Below, piece by piece: positions 26,480 through 40,100 of a stretch of DNA of 64,000 nt. A program made the translations under genes and the position numbers. Below the pieces are notes generated by a model. It ran no database searches, was not told the DNA's origin, and worked only from the letters and a program-made list of their open reading frames with translations. The stretch lies in contig NW_003314378.1 of assembly GCF_000143415.4 (NCBI RefSeq), positions 74,110-138,109 on the forward strand, read 5' to 3'. The first letter of the stretch is position 1; every line of letters begins with the position of its first letter. This DNA comes from Selaginella moellendorffii. Taxonomy: Eukaryota > Plantae > Lycopodiophyta.

Positions 26480-29400
26480 TGAGGACTGGGACGAGAAGGA
26501 TAGTGGTGGTGGAAGTCCTGAACAAGGTCAGGAGAATGAATTAGGTTGTCCACAGGTTCCCAAGTGCGTTCCTCAAGTCCGTAACCCTTCCAGTCGACCA
26601 GATAGTAGAGTTTAGACCGTGAAATCTTGGAATCAAGGATGTCCTAAACCTCGTACTCAGACCCATCCTCGAGTTGCACTGGTGGAGGCGGAGGAATGAC
26701 CCAATTTGGAATAGGACTGGGAATATGAGGCTCAAGGAGAGAGGAGTGAAAAACGGGGTGAATTTGATATGAGGAGGGAAGTGCAAGGCGATAAGTGACA
26801 GGATTAATGATGGCAGTGATAGGGAAAGGATCGAGGCGTTTGAAATCAAGTTTTGGACAAGGCCTGGTGGTGAAGATATTTCGCCTGAGGAGCCAAACTT
26901 TATCCCCGATATTGTAAGGGGGACAATCCTGACGATGGACATTGGCAAATGTTTTGTGAGATTCTTGAGCACGATGGAGGTGGAAGGAGATGGAGTTGTG
27001 GATTTTATCATCCTCAAACTGATGGACAGTCCGAGCGAACGATTCAGACGTTGGAACAATTCTTAAGGTGCTTCATCAACTATCATTAGGATAACTAGTT
27101 CGATATCCTTCCCCTTGCTGAGTTCTCCTATAACAACTCTATTCACTCCTCTCTTCGAATTTCCCCTTTCTTTACGAACTCTGGCCGAAATCCCTGATTC
27201 AATCTCTCACTTCCTTCTCCATCCAAATCCTCTCGTTCAAATCCCCGCTCTGAGGCATTTGTCTCCAACCTCCAGGCGCCGAAGAGAGGTTGGCCTTCAC
27301 TCCAAGCAGCTGCAAAAACTGTTGCCAGAAATGAGAGATGAACTGAGGCCCCCGATCCGAAACCACATCTGTAGGAATCCCATGAAGTCAGAAAATTTCC
27401 CTAAATACCAGTTTTGCCATGTCCTCGCCCAAAAACTCCTTGGTACATGGCAAGAAGTGCGCCATCTTTGTGAAGCTATCCACCACGACTAAAATGCTGT
27501 TAAAGCCTCCAAAACTCGGAAGATCACTCAAGAAATCCATGGAGATGGATTCCCAAGGACCTGAAGGGACCGGGAGGGAACGAAGCAAACCTGAAGGAAG
27601 GTGGCAAGGTACTTTATTCCAGGCACAAGTGTCACAGGAGGTAACAAAAGCTTTGATGTAGTCGTCCATGTGAGGCCACCAAAAGTCCCGTGCAACTACC
27701 TCATAGGTTTTTGCAATGCCAAAGTGACCAGCAGTTGGGCTATCATGGCACGCCATTATGACCAATCTTCGAGCATCACCTTCAGGAACGTAAAGCTGCT
27801 CCCCACGGTACAATAAGCCATCTAAGAACTCGAACTCGTCAAATCGCCGGCAATCGGGAGTCACTGGGTGTCTAGCCTGAAGATGGGGGAAAATATCGCT
27901 GGCGAGATCATCGGATTGAAGATCGTTTCTAATCGCATCCATCAAGGAGGAGTCCTGAGGGGCCAGGGAAATTGCCATAACTTGAAGCCGATCAGGACTA
28001 AGAATAACTTGATCCTGTTGATCGAAGGCAGGATTACCAGGCTTGAGATTGAGATAGGAGCGCCTTGAAAGAGCATCAGGAAGGCCTTGAAGCTTTCCAG
28101 GTCTATACTTGATAACAAAGTTAAACCGACTTAGGAATTGTGCCCACCTTGCTTGACGATGGCTTAAAACTCGGGAAGTGGCAAAGTACTCGAGATTTTT
28201 GTGATCCGTCTAGACTGTTGTTTGATGGCCCGCCCCTTCCAAGAAACGGCGCCACTCTCCAAAGGAATCCACAATGGCAAGGAGCTCCTTGTCGTGGATT
28301 TCGTAATTGATCTCCACAGGCTGGAATTTCCGAGAATGGAAAGCGACCAAATGAAATTCTTGATCCGCTCCGAGTTGAGACAACACAGCACCGATGGCAA
28401 AGTTGGAGGCGTCAACCTCGATGAAGAAAGGTTGTAAGGAATCAGCATGGATCAAGACGGGAGCAGAACTGAAGGCCACCTTGAGTGTGTCGAAGGCCTG
28501 TTGGGCAACAGCAGACCAAGAGAAGGGAACATCCTTGCGAGTGAGATGCGTGAAAGGAAGGACAATGTCAGAGTAGTGATCAATGAATTTGCGGTAAAAG
28601 TTGGCGAAGCCAAGGAAAACCTGAACGTCCGACATTGATTGTGGAGACTCCCATTCAAGAATAGTCTGTAAGCAACCAAAGGGAACGATTCGAGAGACGA
28701 TCTATGGGGTTCAAATATAGAGGGAAAGGGCCCATGAACAAGAGTGCACCCCTTTTTCCAATTGGTTAAGGGTCTTGGGATATTTGGGGTTAAGTGTCCT
28801 TGGGCTTGAATAGTACTGGGTTGGGTGACCTCCTGGGAAGTCCAAACTCAGGAGCTTACATAGTCTTGACTTTGGTAGGATCCATCGTGATACCCTCAGG
28901 AGAACATAGTCTTTGGAACTCCACAGACTGCTGATCGAAGGAACATTTCTCAAGCTTCGTGTATAGGCCGTGTTCTCGCAACTTCGCCAGCACCTTGCGT
29001 ACATGTTCATCGTGCTCCTCCTAAGTTTTTGAGTAGATGAGGATGTCATCGAGGTAGACAACGACCACCATTTGATCAAGAAACTCCCGAAAGACGTCGT
29101 TCGCCATGTGTTGGAAAACTGCTGGAGCATTTGTCAAGCCAAATGGCATGACAGTGTACTCAAAGTGGCCATAGCGGGTTCGGAACGCAGTCTTCCATTC
29201 ATCACCAAGTCAGATCCGGATCAGGTTGTATGCTCCACGGAGGTTAATCTTGGTGAAGAAGTGGGCACCGCCGAGGCGTTCCAATAGGTCCGAGATTAGG
29301 GGCAGCAGATAACGGTTCCGAACAGTCACTTTGTTCAAACCTTGGTAGTCGATGACTAGCCGCAAACTCCCATCCTTCTTCTTGACAAAGAAGACAGGCG

Positions 29401-30330
29401 CTCCAGCCGGGGACTGCGAATGCTAAATGTACCCTGAGGCAAGGTTCTCATCCACATACTCTTTGAGGGCCTTAAGCTCGGACGGGGATAGCCCGTAAAT
29501 AGGCCCCCACAGAGGTGACGCTCCTTCCTGTAAATCAATGGGACAGTCATAAGGTCAATGAACAGGCAGTACATTAGCTTTTTTCTTGTCAAACACATCC
29601 CCAAAATCATGATACTTCTCAAGAAGACTGACAGGAGAAACATGCAAAGCAAAAAGGAAAATAGGTTCTTCATGAAGGAGTTCTTTCATAGTGATTGTGG
29701 AGATTCAAGGAGGTGTACGACTAAATGGAATGATGAGACGAGGATATTGTCCAGTGTAAGATGGAAGAGAGGAAAAAGAAGAGGGTGAAAACTTCGTAGA
29801 GTCAGGAACAGAACCCCGATTTGAGTTTAGGGAACTTTTCCTGATTCGGACTCGATGAACAGCAGGGGAAGCCGTGGGAGATGGTGATGTGGGAGAGATG
29901 AGCTATAATTCCTTCCAACAGATCTAAGGCTGATGTAGTTGGAACCAAGGAAGATCGAGCACCACAGAGGAGGACTTGCTGTTGATGATGTTGAAGGCGA
30001 TATCAGTGACGGTGGACCCGATGTGTACTCGAACAGGCAACGTTTCCCTAAGTCCAGAAGATGGAGACACAAAATGCCCGCCGATGCCTTCAACCCTTAG
30101 ATCCCGTATGGTAGGAGAAAGAGGAACGTGATGTCGGGCAGCAAAGTCCGTGTCCATGAAGCAGGAAGTTGCACCCGAGTCCAGTAGCGCCAAAGCCTTG
30201 AGTCCTGATTGTCCGGTGAAAGAAAGGAGACATGGGACATGGAAGTTGCGGGAATTGGTGGTGGCTTTGATGAAAGGTGGTGAGGAGCTTGATAAAGAAG
30301 AAAAGTGATTTTTATTCGGGGAGTCCAAAC
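26480..30330 (-). pseudogene. Chromovirus pol (protease, RT, RNase H, integrase, chromodomain), disrupted
   Basis: ALLDSGATSCF; IEVDASNFAIGAVLSQ; NYEIHDKELLAIV; CHDSPTAGHFG..CDTC; chromodomain EYEV*DILDSK..YYLVDWKGYGLEERTWEP at about 26490-26660. Stops, frameshifts and an internal inversion. Confidence 0.92.
28667..28860 (+). mobile_element. Cassandra solo LTR inserted in chromovirus pol
   Basis: 194 bp TGTAAGC...GCTTACA, TSD TAGTC on both sides, 5S-like TAGTACTGGGTTGGGTGACCTCCTGGGAAGTCC. Confidence 0.92.
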
Positions 30331-31127
30331 AAACAGCTCCTACTCTGTTTGGACAGGGTCGTTTCCCAACTGCAACAGAGGTGGATTTTGAGGCAGAGTG
30401 AATTCGAGCAGTCGGGGAGGCTTCTTGGGACACACAGCTACTTTGTGATTAGGATCAGCACAGTAGAAAGCTTTATTTCGTTAAAGTGGGATTTATTCAG
30501 TAAAATGGGACTAGGTACAAATTTTCAAGTATTTGAAAATGACGTGAAATTATATGTTTTTTGTCCAGGGGCTAGACATATCTGGGGCATGGTGACTAGC
30601 GCGGTGACTTTGTGTCCAGACTGAGTCCATCTGGTTGTATAATAAATCTCATTGTTAAGGTGAACAAGCCAAATCTGAAGCTAAAGAAGAGCGATGGCAT
30701 GCGCGCACACACTATTTGTTTGTTCATTGAGTGTGTGGTGAGCTTTCCAAGATGAACGTCATTCCTATTAGCCAGACATATAACTTAATGGTGAGAACAT
30801 TTAGATATTATTCAATGTTATCTTTTTCTAACGAATCTAATTGTGAAGGTGTAGCAAGAGGCATTGCTAGTCTAGAGAAGTCATTTAACTCATTTGACCC
30901 TTAGTGTATTTTCATGAAACTAAATAACATTCATATTATTAAGGAATTTCTCTAGTACCTTTTTTTTACGACATAGAGGCTTGCATTTCTTTCAAAGGTG
31001 ATTTAGTAAAAGGCCTGAGGGCACATGCCATTCTATTTCTCAGACCGGTATTAAGATATACTAGTGCAAAGGGAAAAAGGTATTTGGTGATCAAGTAAAT
31101 GGCATGAGGGCACACGCCATTATAAGC

Positions 31128-31385
31128 CTAAGCGCTAGTGGACACCTCCTTTTTGGTACTCTCAGCGGTACTATCATCCTTCTCCGGGTCAGTTGTTTTG
31201 CTTTGGATTGTTGTCTCTGACGTTACTGGGGCGTTCTCGATAGTTGTTAATGTTGCCGTTTGTTCAGAAAAATGATCACTTGGAGTATAGTACGGGGAGT
31301 TTGGAAGACTTATATATTCTACATCTTCACCTATCTCCTTCTCCGTCTCCTTTTCTGCCTCACTTACAGATTTTGTGCTTGCCAT
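31128..31385 (-). CDS. Possible small acidic, Ser/Thr-rich ORF (85 aa) inside the transposon
   Basis: MASTKSVSEAEKETEKEIGEDVEY... is open in an otherwise AT-rich region and flanked by palindromes. No recognisable domain. Confidence 0.3.
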   Translation of the reverse strand: MASTKSVSEAEKETEKEIGEDVEYISLPNSPYYTPSDHFSEQTATLTTIENAPVTSETTIQSKTTDPEKDDSTAESTKKEVSTSA

Positions 31386-32098
31386 GAGAACGCTCTTCAC
31401 CCTAAAATATGGAGTTCGTTGTGTTATAAAAGGAAACCAACACACACGCTGCAAGGGAATGATGGTACATAAAGCACGTAAGCCCACAATATGGGTTTAT
31501 GTGCCATTAATATGGGCCACACGCCATATTATTAGATTTATGCACGTGTGATTGGTAAATGCATATGTCACATCATCTTTGTTTTACCTCACACACTATA
31601 TCAGGCCTAATGAACCATATCACATGTGCGCACATGCTATATATATGGAGAAGTATTATGCAAGGATAGAAAAATTCAATGCATGATTGTGGAGAACAAT
31701 GGCATGAAGCCACATGCTAAATAACATTTTAGAGAAAGAATTAAAATAGAAACATGCAAACAGTACTGAGTGGACCAAGACTTAGAAGTGCACAATTGAA
31801 TGAGGTATTTCTAATAAATATTTCACTCACCTCATATAGGAATGGCTACCACTCTCAAATGGCATATCGCCTCATGCCATCACCTCGCAATTTGTTATAA
31901 CAATCCGATGAATTCATATTCGGCTTGTTCACCTTGAACTTTAAGTAAGATTTGCTAGAACAACTAAGAATTTATACTTGTTATTTGTATCATCTCACCT
32001 AGGAATGGCGTAAGGCCACATGCCATCACGCCTCCTCTGATTCAGATTCGGATTGTTCACCTTGAAATAAAATACATTAGAAACTTAGTAAAGGAATA

Positions 32099-34924
32099 TT
32101 AATGAATCTCACCTTGAACCCGGGTTATGAATGCTCTTGCTGCATCTCTTGCATGGTCTGGCAAGGTGATGGTGGCACTCTGCTTCCGCATCCAACCATG
32201 CACAACATTATCCACCGATATGCTCATGCTGGGATCCCTTGGATTCAGCACCCATCTCTTTTCTAGGCAATCCTTCATATATCCGGAACTTGGCTTGAAC
32301 CACTCCACAATTACATTGAAGGAGTTAGTTTCCGCGTCCTCCTCTGCATCAGTGATGCAGCGCCCCACCCATATCATTTGTTTTTTATTACTGGGTCTGA
32401 CAAGCACGACCATTCCTTTGCAGACCTGTACTGGATTGAATGCTGAATCCGGCTTCTTGTTCCTCTGCCCACAATAGTGATCCTCAACATCGTTATCTGT
32501 CACTGCATTTCCAGAGGACATTGTTCCGCTACTATCTGGTGCTCTGGGTTCTGGCCAAAAGGACTCTTCCAATTCTTCATATACAACCGGCCCATTTTGG
32601 ATAGCAGATATAATCTTCTCCCAGTATTCGAGCAAAGGCTTGCACCTCTGAAAATAGGATTCTCCACCAAACACCAACCCCCTCTTCCAGAAGGCAATAT
32701 GCTGTCTAATCCCGGCCACTATACTTTCCTGGTCTTTGAGTCCATCCGGGTGCATCGGCCATGGGGAACCCTGAGGAATCATAGGTTCCCCAGTTATGGG
32801 ATCTCTCTTGAAGAGTTCAATGCCGTCCACTGGCAGCCACACTGTGTCCCATTCTCTCATCTTGTACCTCATCACTGGAGCACCGTCACGCATGCTGAAA
32901 TGAAACTGAAGAGGCTTGGAGTGGCCAATCAGCGTTTCGGATCCGTCCCTGATGTAGCCTCCTACAAACCCCTTAAAGTCTGGAACCCCTGTCACAAGTG
33001 CAGCTTCAACAGTGCCTTTGATGCAATTTTGGAATTCATCGTAGAGTTGTGGGAGGGTGAGGACATTGGATCGCCGGAGGGACTCTGCCAGGTGACTGAA
33101 CATGGCATCGACGTCTTCATGAGTGTGCCCAACCATGAGAAAGCCAAGTGTAACCGTTTCAAATATGCCTTTGGCAACAAGCATCGCCAAGTACGCGAAG
33201 ACATACATGTTTTTGTTCTCACTGCCAGCATTGTCTGTTTGGAGCAGAAGATGGGGTGGAAGGCCACATCGGCCGCAAGAACTTCCTTGAGATTCTACTT
33301 CGTTTGGATGAGGCTGTGCATTCACCGGGCGACCAGCCTCGTCGGAATGGCATGAGGCCTCACGTGATAACCCTACAATCTGACGGCCAACATATTCACT
33401 AGGATGGCATGGGGCCCCACGCAATACTGCAAGCCTTTGCTCCTCCTCCAGCTGAACCCTGTATGGGGTTCGATCGACAAGGGCCTTATGCAAGGGTTGG
33501 CCGTTCAACTCAGTCTGTGCACTTTGCAGAGACCTTAAGTGTTTTGCTAGGGACGCAATCATCATGTTTGCACCCCTGCCACCCCATAGAGGTACAAAGA
33601 AGTTCCCATAGTTCTGGGCACCATGCCCATGAGCGATTATGCCAAACAGAGACACAGGCAGCTGTATGGATGAAGAGATTGCCTTGGGGGCAGGATTGAG
33701 TCGAGGTAAGCACGTCTTTTTCTGGTCCATTTTGTCGTGGATGATGCAAAGGTAAGAGTCAGGTCTCTCCATGGAGAGAATCCTGTTATGATAATATGCA
33801 ATCCTGCAGCTTCTCTGTTCGATGTTGTGGTCGAGCCACCTTCTAACCAACGTCTCTCGCTCTTGAGCGATGCAAGAATTCTTCGACAAAGCCATTTTGA
33901 TAGCAGTGCACTCATCACACTTTGAAAAGCTGGAGTACTTTCCTATACTCACATCCCTGAACCTGTTGCTCCATAATCTACTAAATCTAGATTGGCTCAG
34001 CTTCCTGTAGCCATTACTCTAGAGTTCCCGATTCACATCTTCCAATATGGCCCCCTTGGTATACATGGAAGGGAGAACTCGTTGGGTGTCTCGAGTTCCA
34101 TCTTCCAAGAGGCAGGTTTTATGTGGTTGCTGCTCGCTACATGTCTCGACAAACCTCTTGAAGATTGCCTCTCCATATACAACATGACCCCTGGTTTTGT
34201 GAGTACCGTCGTTCCCATGGACTGCCTGTTGAACCCTTTGTTCCTCGAACTCAGTTTTGATTCTGTAGAATGTGGTTCGAGGGACTCCATAAATGATTCT
34301 CCATGCCTTCATGCAGACCAAACCCCTCTGGAAGACCATGCCCCCCACCTGATGTTCTGAAGCATCAACAGATGACCGTAATGCCTCATACACAAAATTG
34401 CGAGCTGCCTTCCAGGACAATGTCTTGTATCTTGCTCTCTCCTCTTCAATAGCATCCCAATCAGTATGTTGACAGCACCTCCTCTTGCAACAAGCAACTG
34501 TCGAGACCATTCGAACGTCCATCGCCATTTTTTGCCTTTTTGGTTCGTTGCTCAGATCCCTTTGGCTGCGCTTTAGGAAGGTGTACTTTCTTTTCCCATG
34601 AAGAGATGTTCTGTCATCAGTTGTAGTGGTGTTTGATTGTGAATCCTTCACATTCTCAAACACTAAGTGCCTCAATTTCCACCACACAATGCTTCCAATA
34701 GTCAGACTGTTTTCTTCTGTGTCAATAACCTCTAAAATCGCAACTCCAATATCATCCCAGCCCAATTCTTGATTAGCAACCACATCTCTTGGATCGACAA
34801 CTGTGGCTAAGCCCTCAGCTACCACCTCCCCCTCGGGGTTGTTTAGAAACACCTTTGCCTGAATCCATGTAGCACGGTTCTTAAGATCCACGGAGGGAAC
34901 ATGCGTCGCACTTGCGGAGGCCAT
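32099..34924 (-). pseudogene. Sola-like DDD transposase (about 941 aa) with one premature stop at 34019-34021
   Basis: ORFs 34019-34924 and 32099-33952 are in frame across a single TAG. Motifs FSKCDEC, IIHDKMDQ, LQTDNAGSENKN, FLMVGHTHEDVDAMFS. Confidence 0.75.
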
Positions 34925-37140
34925 TCTGAAAATGCAGAAAACAAAAAATGATTGGAGAATGGCCTAAATCATAACATACCAAACAACCTCAATAGCATGA
35001 GGCCACATGCCATTATTCAAACATGCTATTGACACCCATGTGAAATTTCGCATTCACAAAATTGGCATGAGGCCTCATGCCATCTTGATAAACACACAGC
35101 TACAGGCAGGTAAAGAAACTATTGGCAATATGCTAGTGATGAACTTGCAAGCCCCAAGATGGCATGAGCCCTCATACCATTAGTGGTACCGTAGCGCCGC
35201 TCGCACCACTGCAACTGCTCGTAGCGCCGCTTGCACAAACTGCCACTCGCATAAACTGCCGCTCGCAATGGCGCTCGCAATGCCGCAACCGCTCGTAGAC
35301 GCATAAACCACAGCTCACAACGCCGCTTACACAAGCAGCGCTCACTGCGCTCAGCGGAACCAAGAACACGGCGCACAAAAATGATAGACCTAGGAATGAG
35401 TTCGAGAATTCAAAAATAACACACGCTTGAACGTCACATCAAATCCTCTGATAAACCAGATCTTATGATTCCTCTGACAAATTTCAAACTGAGTAGCTTC
35501 TAGACTTTGCTGTCGGACGTTGAGCTTTGTCACATCATGTCCTTGCCTCAATCCAGCTATGCCATGTCAGTGATTCGAACTTTGCCATGCCATGTCAGCG
35601 ATCCGCGCCAAGATTATTCGCCGTGTAAAGGAATAATTATACTGTGTGTGTACGTACATTTATGGCAATATAAGGCCACACGCCATTCAAAGAATAATGC
35701 TAGTCGAGCATTTTTTGGTGCATTTTTGGGTTCAAAATTGCATAATCCCACACGCTATAAAGTTTACCTGTACCAAAAATAGAAACAGCTTTATTTACTT
35801 GGGAATTTAAGTGGTTGAGGCATTTTTAAACTTACAAACACATGCCCTACTTACATTCCTTTGGTTGCTTAAAATTCAAAAATATTATAAACCTTTCTTT
35901 TTGCATTTTCAATGTTTTCAATTATGGTTTTTGATTTTCGCAGGACCAGCCTAGTAATCTATTTGCATCCCGTCATGTTTATAGCTAGCTTTCGTTTGTC
36001 CCCTTCGCTAGCCTGAATCTGCTCGGCATCTGCCTCTTATAGCATTTGCCCAGAAAGGGCATCTTTCTTCACGCAACATTTGCCACATGTTTAGGGTTTA
36101 GGGTTTAGCAATTCAATAGCTTGATAAACATGTAAATACAGAACTTGATGCAAAATCCTTTGATATGTCACAATGCCCCTAGGACCATAAACACATTTCA
36201 ATAGAGAGGGTCCTTTCATTTCATAACTCCTTACGTAGATCTTGGTGAAACCAGAGTTAGTGAAGTTGGTTTCTTGTGATCCCACATCTGATTGTGATGT
36301 CCCTTTGCAGTGTCAATGGAAAGGTCAATGCACACCAAACTGTAGAATCTTGGAGCAAAATAACAGTCGGATCTATAGCAAATGCCCCTGAAACATTGTA
36401 AGGCTCGTGTGGTCTCATGTGGTGTCCGATCGAGATGCTTCTTTGCAGGGTCATCAAGAAGGACATTGTATACCATTCTTTATTTAGCTGAACATCTGGC
36501 ATTTTTGGAAATACAAGATGCTTTGGAATATCCAATCATGCATGGTATAAATATAGCGAGGGTATTAAATGATATCCCAATCATGATCTTTCTTTTGGAT
36601 TTCGCGTGCATGCAGTCCGAGGAATGATGACGTTGTGGATTTCTTTTGGATTTCATGTGCATGCATGTGCGCGGCGATCCAGAAAATAATGGTGGCGCCC
36701 AAGTCCGAGGAATGATGACGTTGCGGGATTACCAACCGTCGTGGCATTTCGTGCGTGTGAGGTTAGGTTTTGCATTTTTCTTCGTACTCGCGCTCGCATC
36801 ACGCTCCCACTCGCGATCACGCTCACATTCGCGCTCATCTACCTTCTCTACAGGTTTCTCGTGTGCATCGGCGTCCACTCGCGCTTGCATCACACTCGCG
36901 CTCGCATCGCGCTCGTGTGCATCGGCGTCCACTTCAAGACACACCCAGTTTGTAACTTCGCCGCCAACTCCGCCGCCCACTCTGCCACCCACACGCAGCC
37001 CACTTGGCGTCCCGGGAGATTTCAGCGCCACTCTCCAACTGTAAGTGGCAGAGTAGCCTTGCTGCTACGATCCGCTGCACACACAGTGCACATTCGCCAG
37101 CGAGTCCGGCCTCGATTGTCACGCCTCCATTCGGCTTCAA

Positions 37141-40100
37141 ATGGTAAGTCTTTTAGGCTAAGTAGAAAATGGCATGAGGCCACATGCCATTCAGTAGCAA
37201 CATTGGCATGCACCGATTGGGCTTTCGAGTGCAGTCTGGTTACAGATGGCGTGTAGCCTCACGCCATCTTAGGATGCAGCCTCAAGACATCTGATGCAGT
37301 GGTGAATGGCATGTGGCCTCACGTTATTTCCAGCTACTAACTTTTCATCTGTTAGCTCTAATTGTTGTGCATTTCTGAACAGGCGAGGAATTGCGTTCTT
37401 CTTCCAGCCACTGTCAATGTGGATGCAGAGAAGGGGGAGGAGCTCACCAGTTGGACTTTCGGGATGGAAGGCGAGGATCTGAGGCTGTACAACACAGATG
37501 GTGGGAGAAAAGAATGCATGGGGATCCTCATCCAAGTGACAGACACTCCATGCAGTTCCATGCAAGAATATGGACTGGCACTTGTGGTAGAGACAGCGTC
37601 CGCCTTCAAGATCCACCTTGCACATCCTAGCGGCTTCCCGGAGGGGGGCAGCGGCTATGAGGAATTCCTAGAGGGAGCTAGGGAGAGGTTGTCCAGGAGG
37701 CCCACAATTTCAAAGACGCTGCGGGTCTATAAAGATCACATGGAATCCACGGACCTCACTTACGGCGATGTTCAAAAACTATATTCCAACATTGAGCTGT
37801 TGAGAGTGACTCCAGTTCGCGAAGCGAAGGGGAAGGGGGTCGATCTGGAAACTACCCCGAAGCAGAAAAGGGTGGTCAAGCTCAAGCCGACATCAGACTC
37901 TCCTGCTCCAAAAAAGAAGCTACTCGGTGATGCCATTGCCTCGGGTTCGAACAATACACCCACCAAAAAGAAGAGCCACAAAGAGCAGAAAGAGCAAGAA
38001 GAGGCAGCAAAAATCGTCGCAGATAATAGTACTTGTTACTATTCCAACAAAGTATATACAATCGACGTGAGCCACATCGACATCCAAAGCAAATACAACC
38101 ACAGGCTAGTATCTGATGAGTGGGTGGAGAAACTGAAGCAGAAGATGCTGGCAAGTCCAGTAACACCCGACATCACAGACGTGATCCCCTACTACCGAAC
38201 AATGAAGGGCGAGACGAGGTTTCCAGACTTGATCAATAGGAAGGTGTTGGACGATCAGAACATCCGGTTCTATGCCGTCTCCGGGCAGCATTCTAGCTTG
38301 GCGATGCAAGAGATAGTTGTGGATATTATGGTGGGCGAGGAGGTGAAGAAAGTCTTCAAGACAAGAGTTGTCCGCCTGATAAAAGGCAACTCGCCCCTCC
38401 GATCTATCATATACATCTCCCACGCACAGAATGTCAAGCAAGAAACGTGCTACAAATCGGGTCTGCACGAGACATTGGCACGAACACGGAAGCTCTGGGT
38501 TCAACTAAAGAAGCCACAAAAACCAGGACAAGGACGTGCACTAGCAACTAGCGCCTGGCAGGTAAGCCTCGTTGCATGTGGCATAGCATGTGGCCTCACG
38601 CCATTTCCATTGCAAGAATTCTCGAGTCTTCTCTCGAAAACACTGGGGGTCAATGACACACTTAGCATCCATAACATTCTACTCGCGACAAAAGTTGTTT
38701 TTGACAAATGGGTAGATGTGCTGAGGAGGTACCATGACAGGGAGTTGCTAAACTCAATGGGTGTGGAGGACGGCCGGAAGCCCAATGATTTGAAGCTCAA
38801 CGCCTTGCGTTTCTCGCGGTCTCTAGACGACGACGACCTTCTGACAGTGGCTAATGCTCTTCTACGTGGTGAGGTAGTCTTCAACAAGACTAAAATGACT
38901 CCCGGCCATATTGTGACATATGAGGACTTGTGCACAACTCTGAGAGCTCGTGCGCTATTGAAGGATTGGATCTTCGAGCAAGTGGCTGTGGAGAGGGTGA
39001 GCATCGACACCACACAAGAGATGATGGAAGAGCTGGAGTTGTCAAATGAAGACATTGACGAGTACATGAAGGGGGCCCCCAAGTTCATCGATCTGCTGCG
39101 GGATGCCACGAAAAGTAAAGCTGAGAAGTTGGATCAGTATCTAAATTTCATTAAGAGGGATGTCGACCGCCGGCTTCAGAAACAGCTCGACCCCACAGCA
39201 GAGGCCTATCGAGAACCTTACCGGGTATACGTGAATTCGGATGAGGATCAAAGGTGGAGGAGCATCGTTTCCCGCAGAGATGAGCAGGTCAAGAACATCT
39301 TTTGTGTGATGGACTTCACAAACGAGGAGATCACTCATGCAGACGAAGTCAGCTCCATCATTGACTTAATGGTGGGACTTGCAGAGGTGGAATCTTCAGT
39401 CCACTATATGATCTACGACTCCGAATCCTATCACAAGTTCTGGAAGACCTTGAACAAGGTGAAGGCTCGGTTGAAAGGCAAGGAGATGCGGGAGATCCAT
39501 GGGATAATGGCTAAGAAGAAGATATCGACGAATGTCCGCATCTTCACACTTGCCCTTGTTATTGGTCCTACAGCAGAGTGGGACTAGAGTGACTTCCCAG
39601 CTTCGTTCGACAAGGCCGATCGAATTGATCTGAGGGAGGTCAATTTACCCGTGCCTGAGGAACTAAAGACGGCTATGGAGCTTTCGAATCCAGAGAAAGC
39701 TCCAAGTGCAGCATGGGAAATGCTCAGGTGGGTCTTCAACGCAATAGCGGGTGGGTCACTTGCTTCCGACTCCAAGGGCAAATGCATTGTCGAGTACAAC
39801 TGCGGCGGACTATTCTTTTGAGCCGCACTACTCAAGGGTGTCCCGTGTGTTGCGGTGACAAACTCCATTGAAGAGGTGACTTCAATGGAGCATATAATTA
39901 CAGTTGCCAAAGAAAAACAGTATCTTCTCTGCGAATCTGGTGAGTACGCACTTTAAGTTTAAATGTTATCTCACAAGCTCTGTATGCAAGAGCGTTGCCA
40001 CCCCCAGATGCTGAAACGGCGTTAACAGCTACTGTTGAAGATACCCATGTTGGGCCGAGCTCACAACCTGCACAAGGTAAGGTCACATGAGGCCTCACGC

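Noticed and set aside
28790-28845. 5S rRNA gene
   Set aside because: Only the internal portion is present, embedded in a TSD-flanked LTR, so it is Cassandra-derived.
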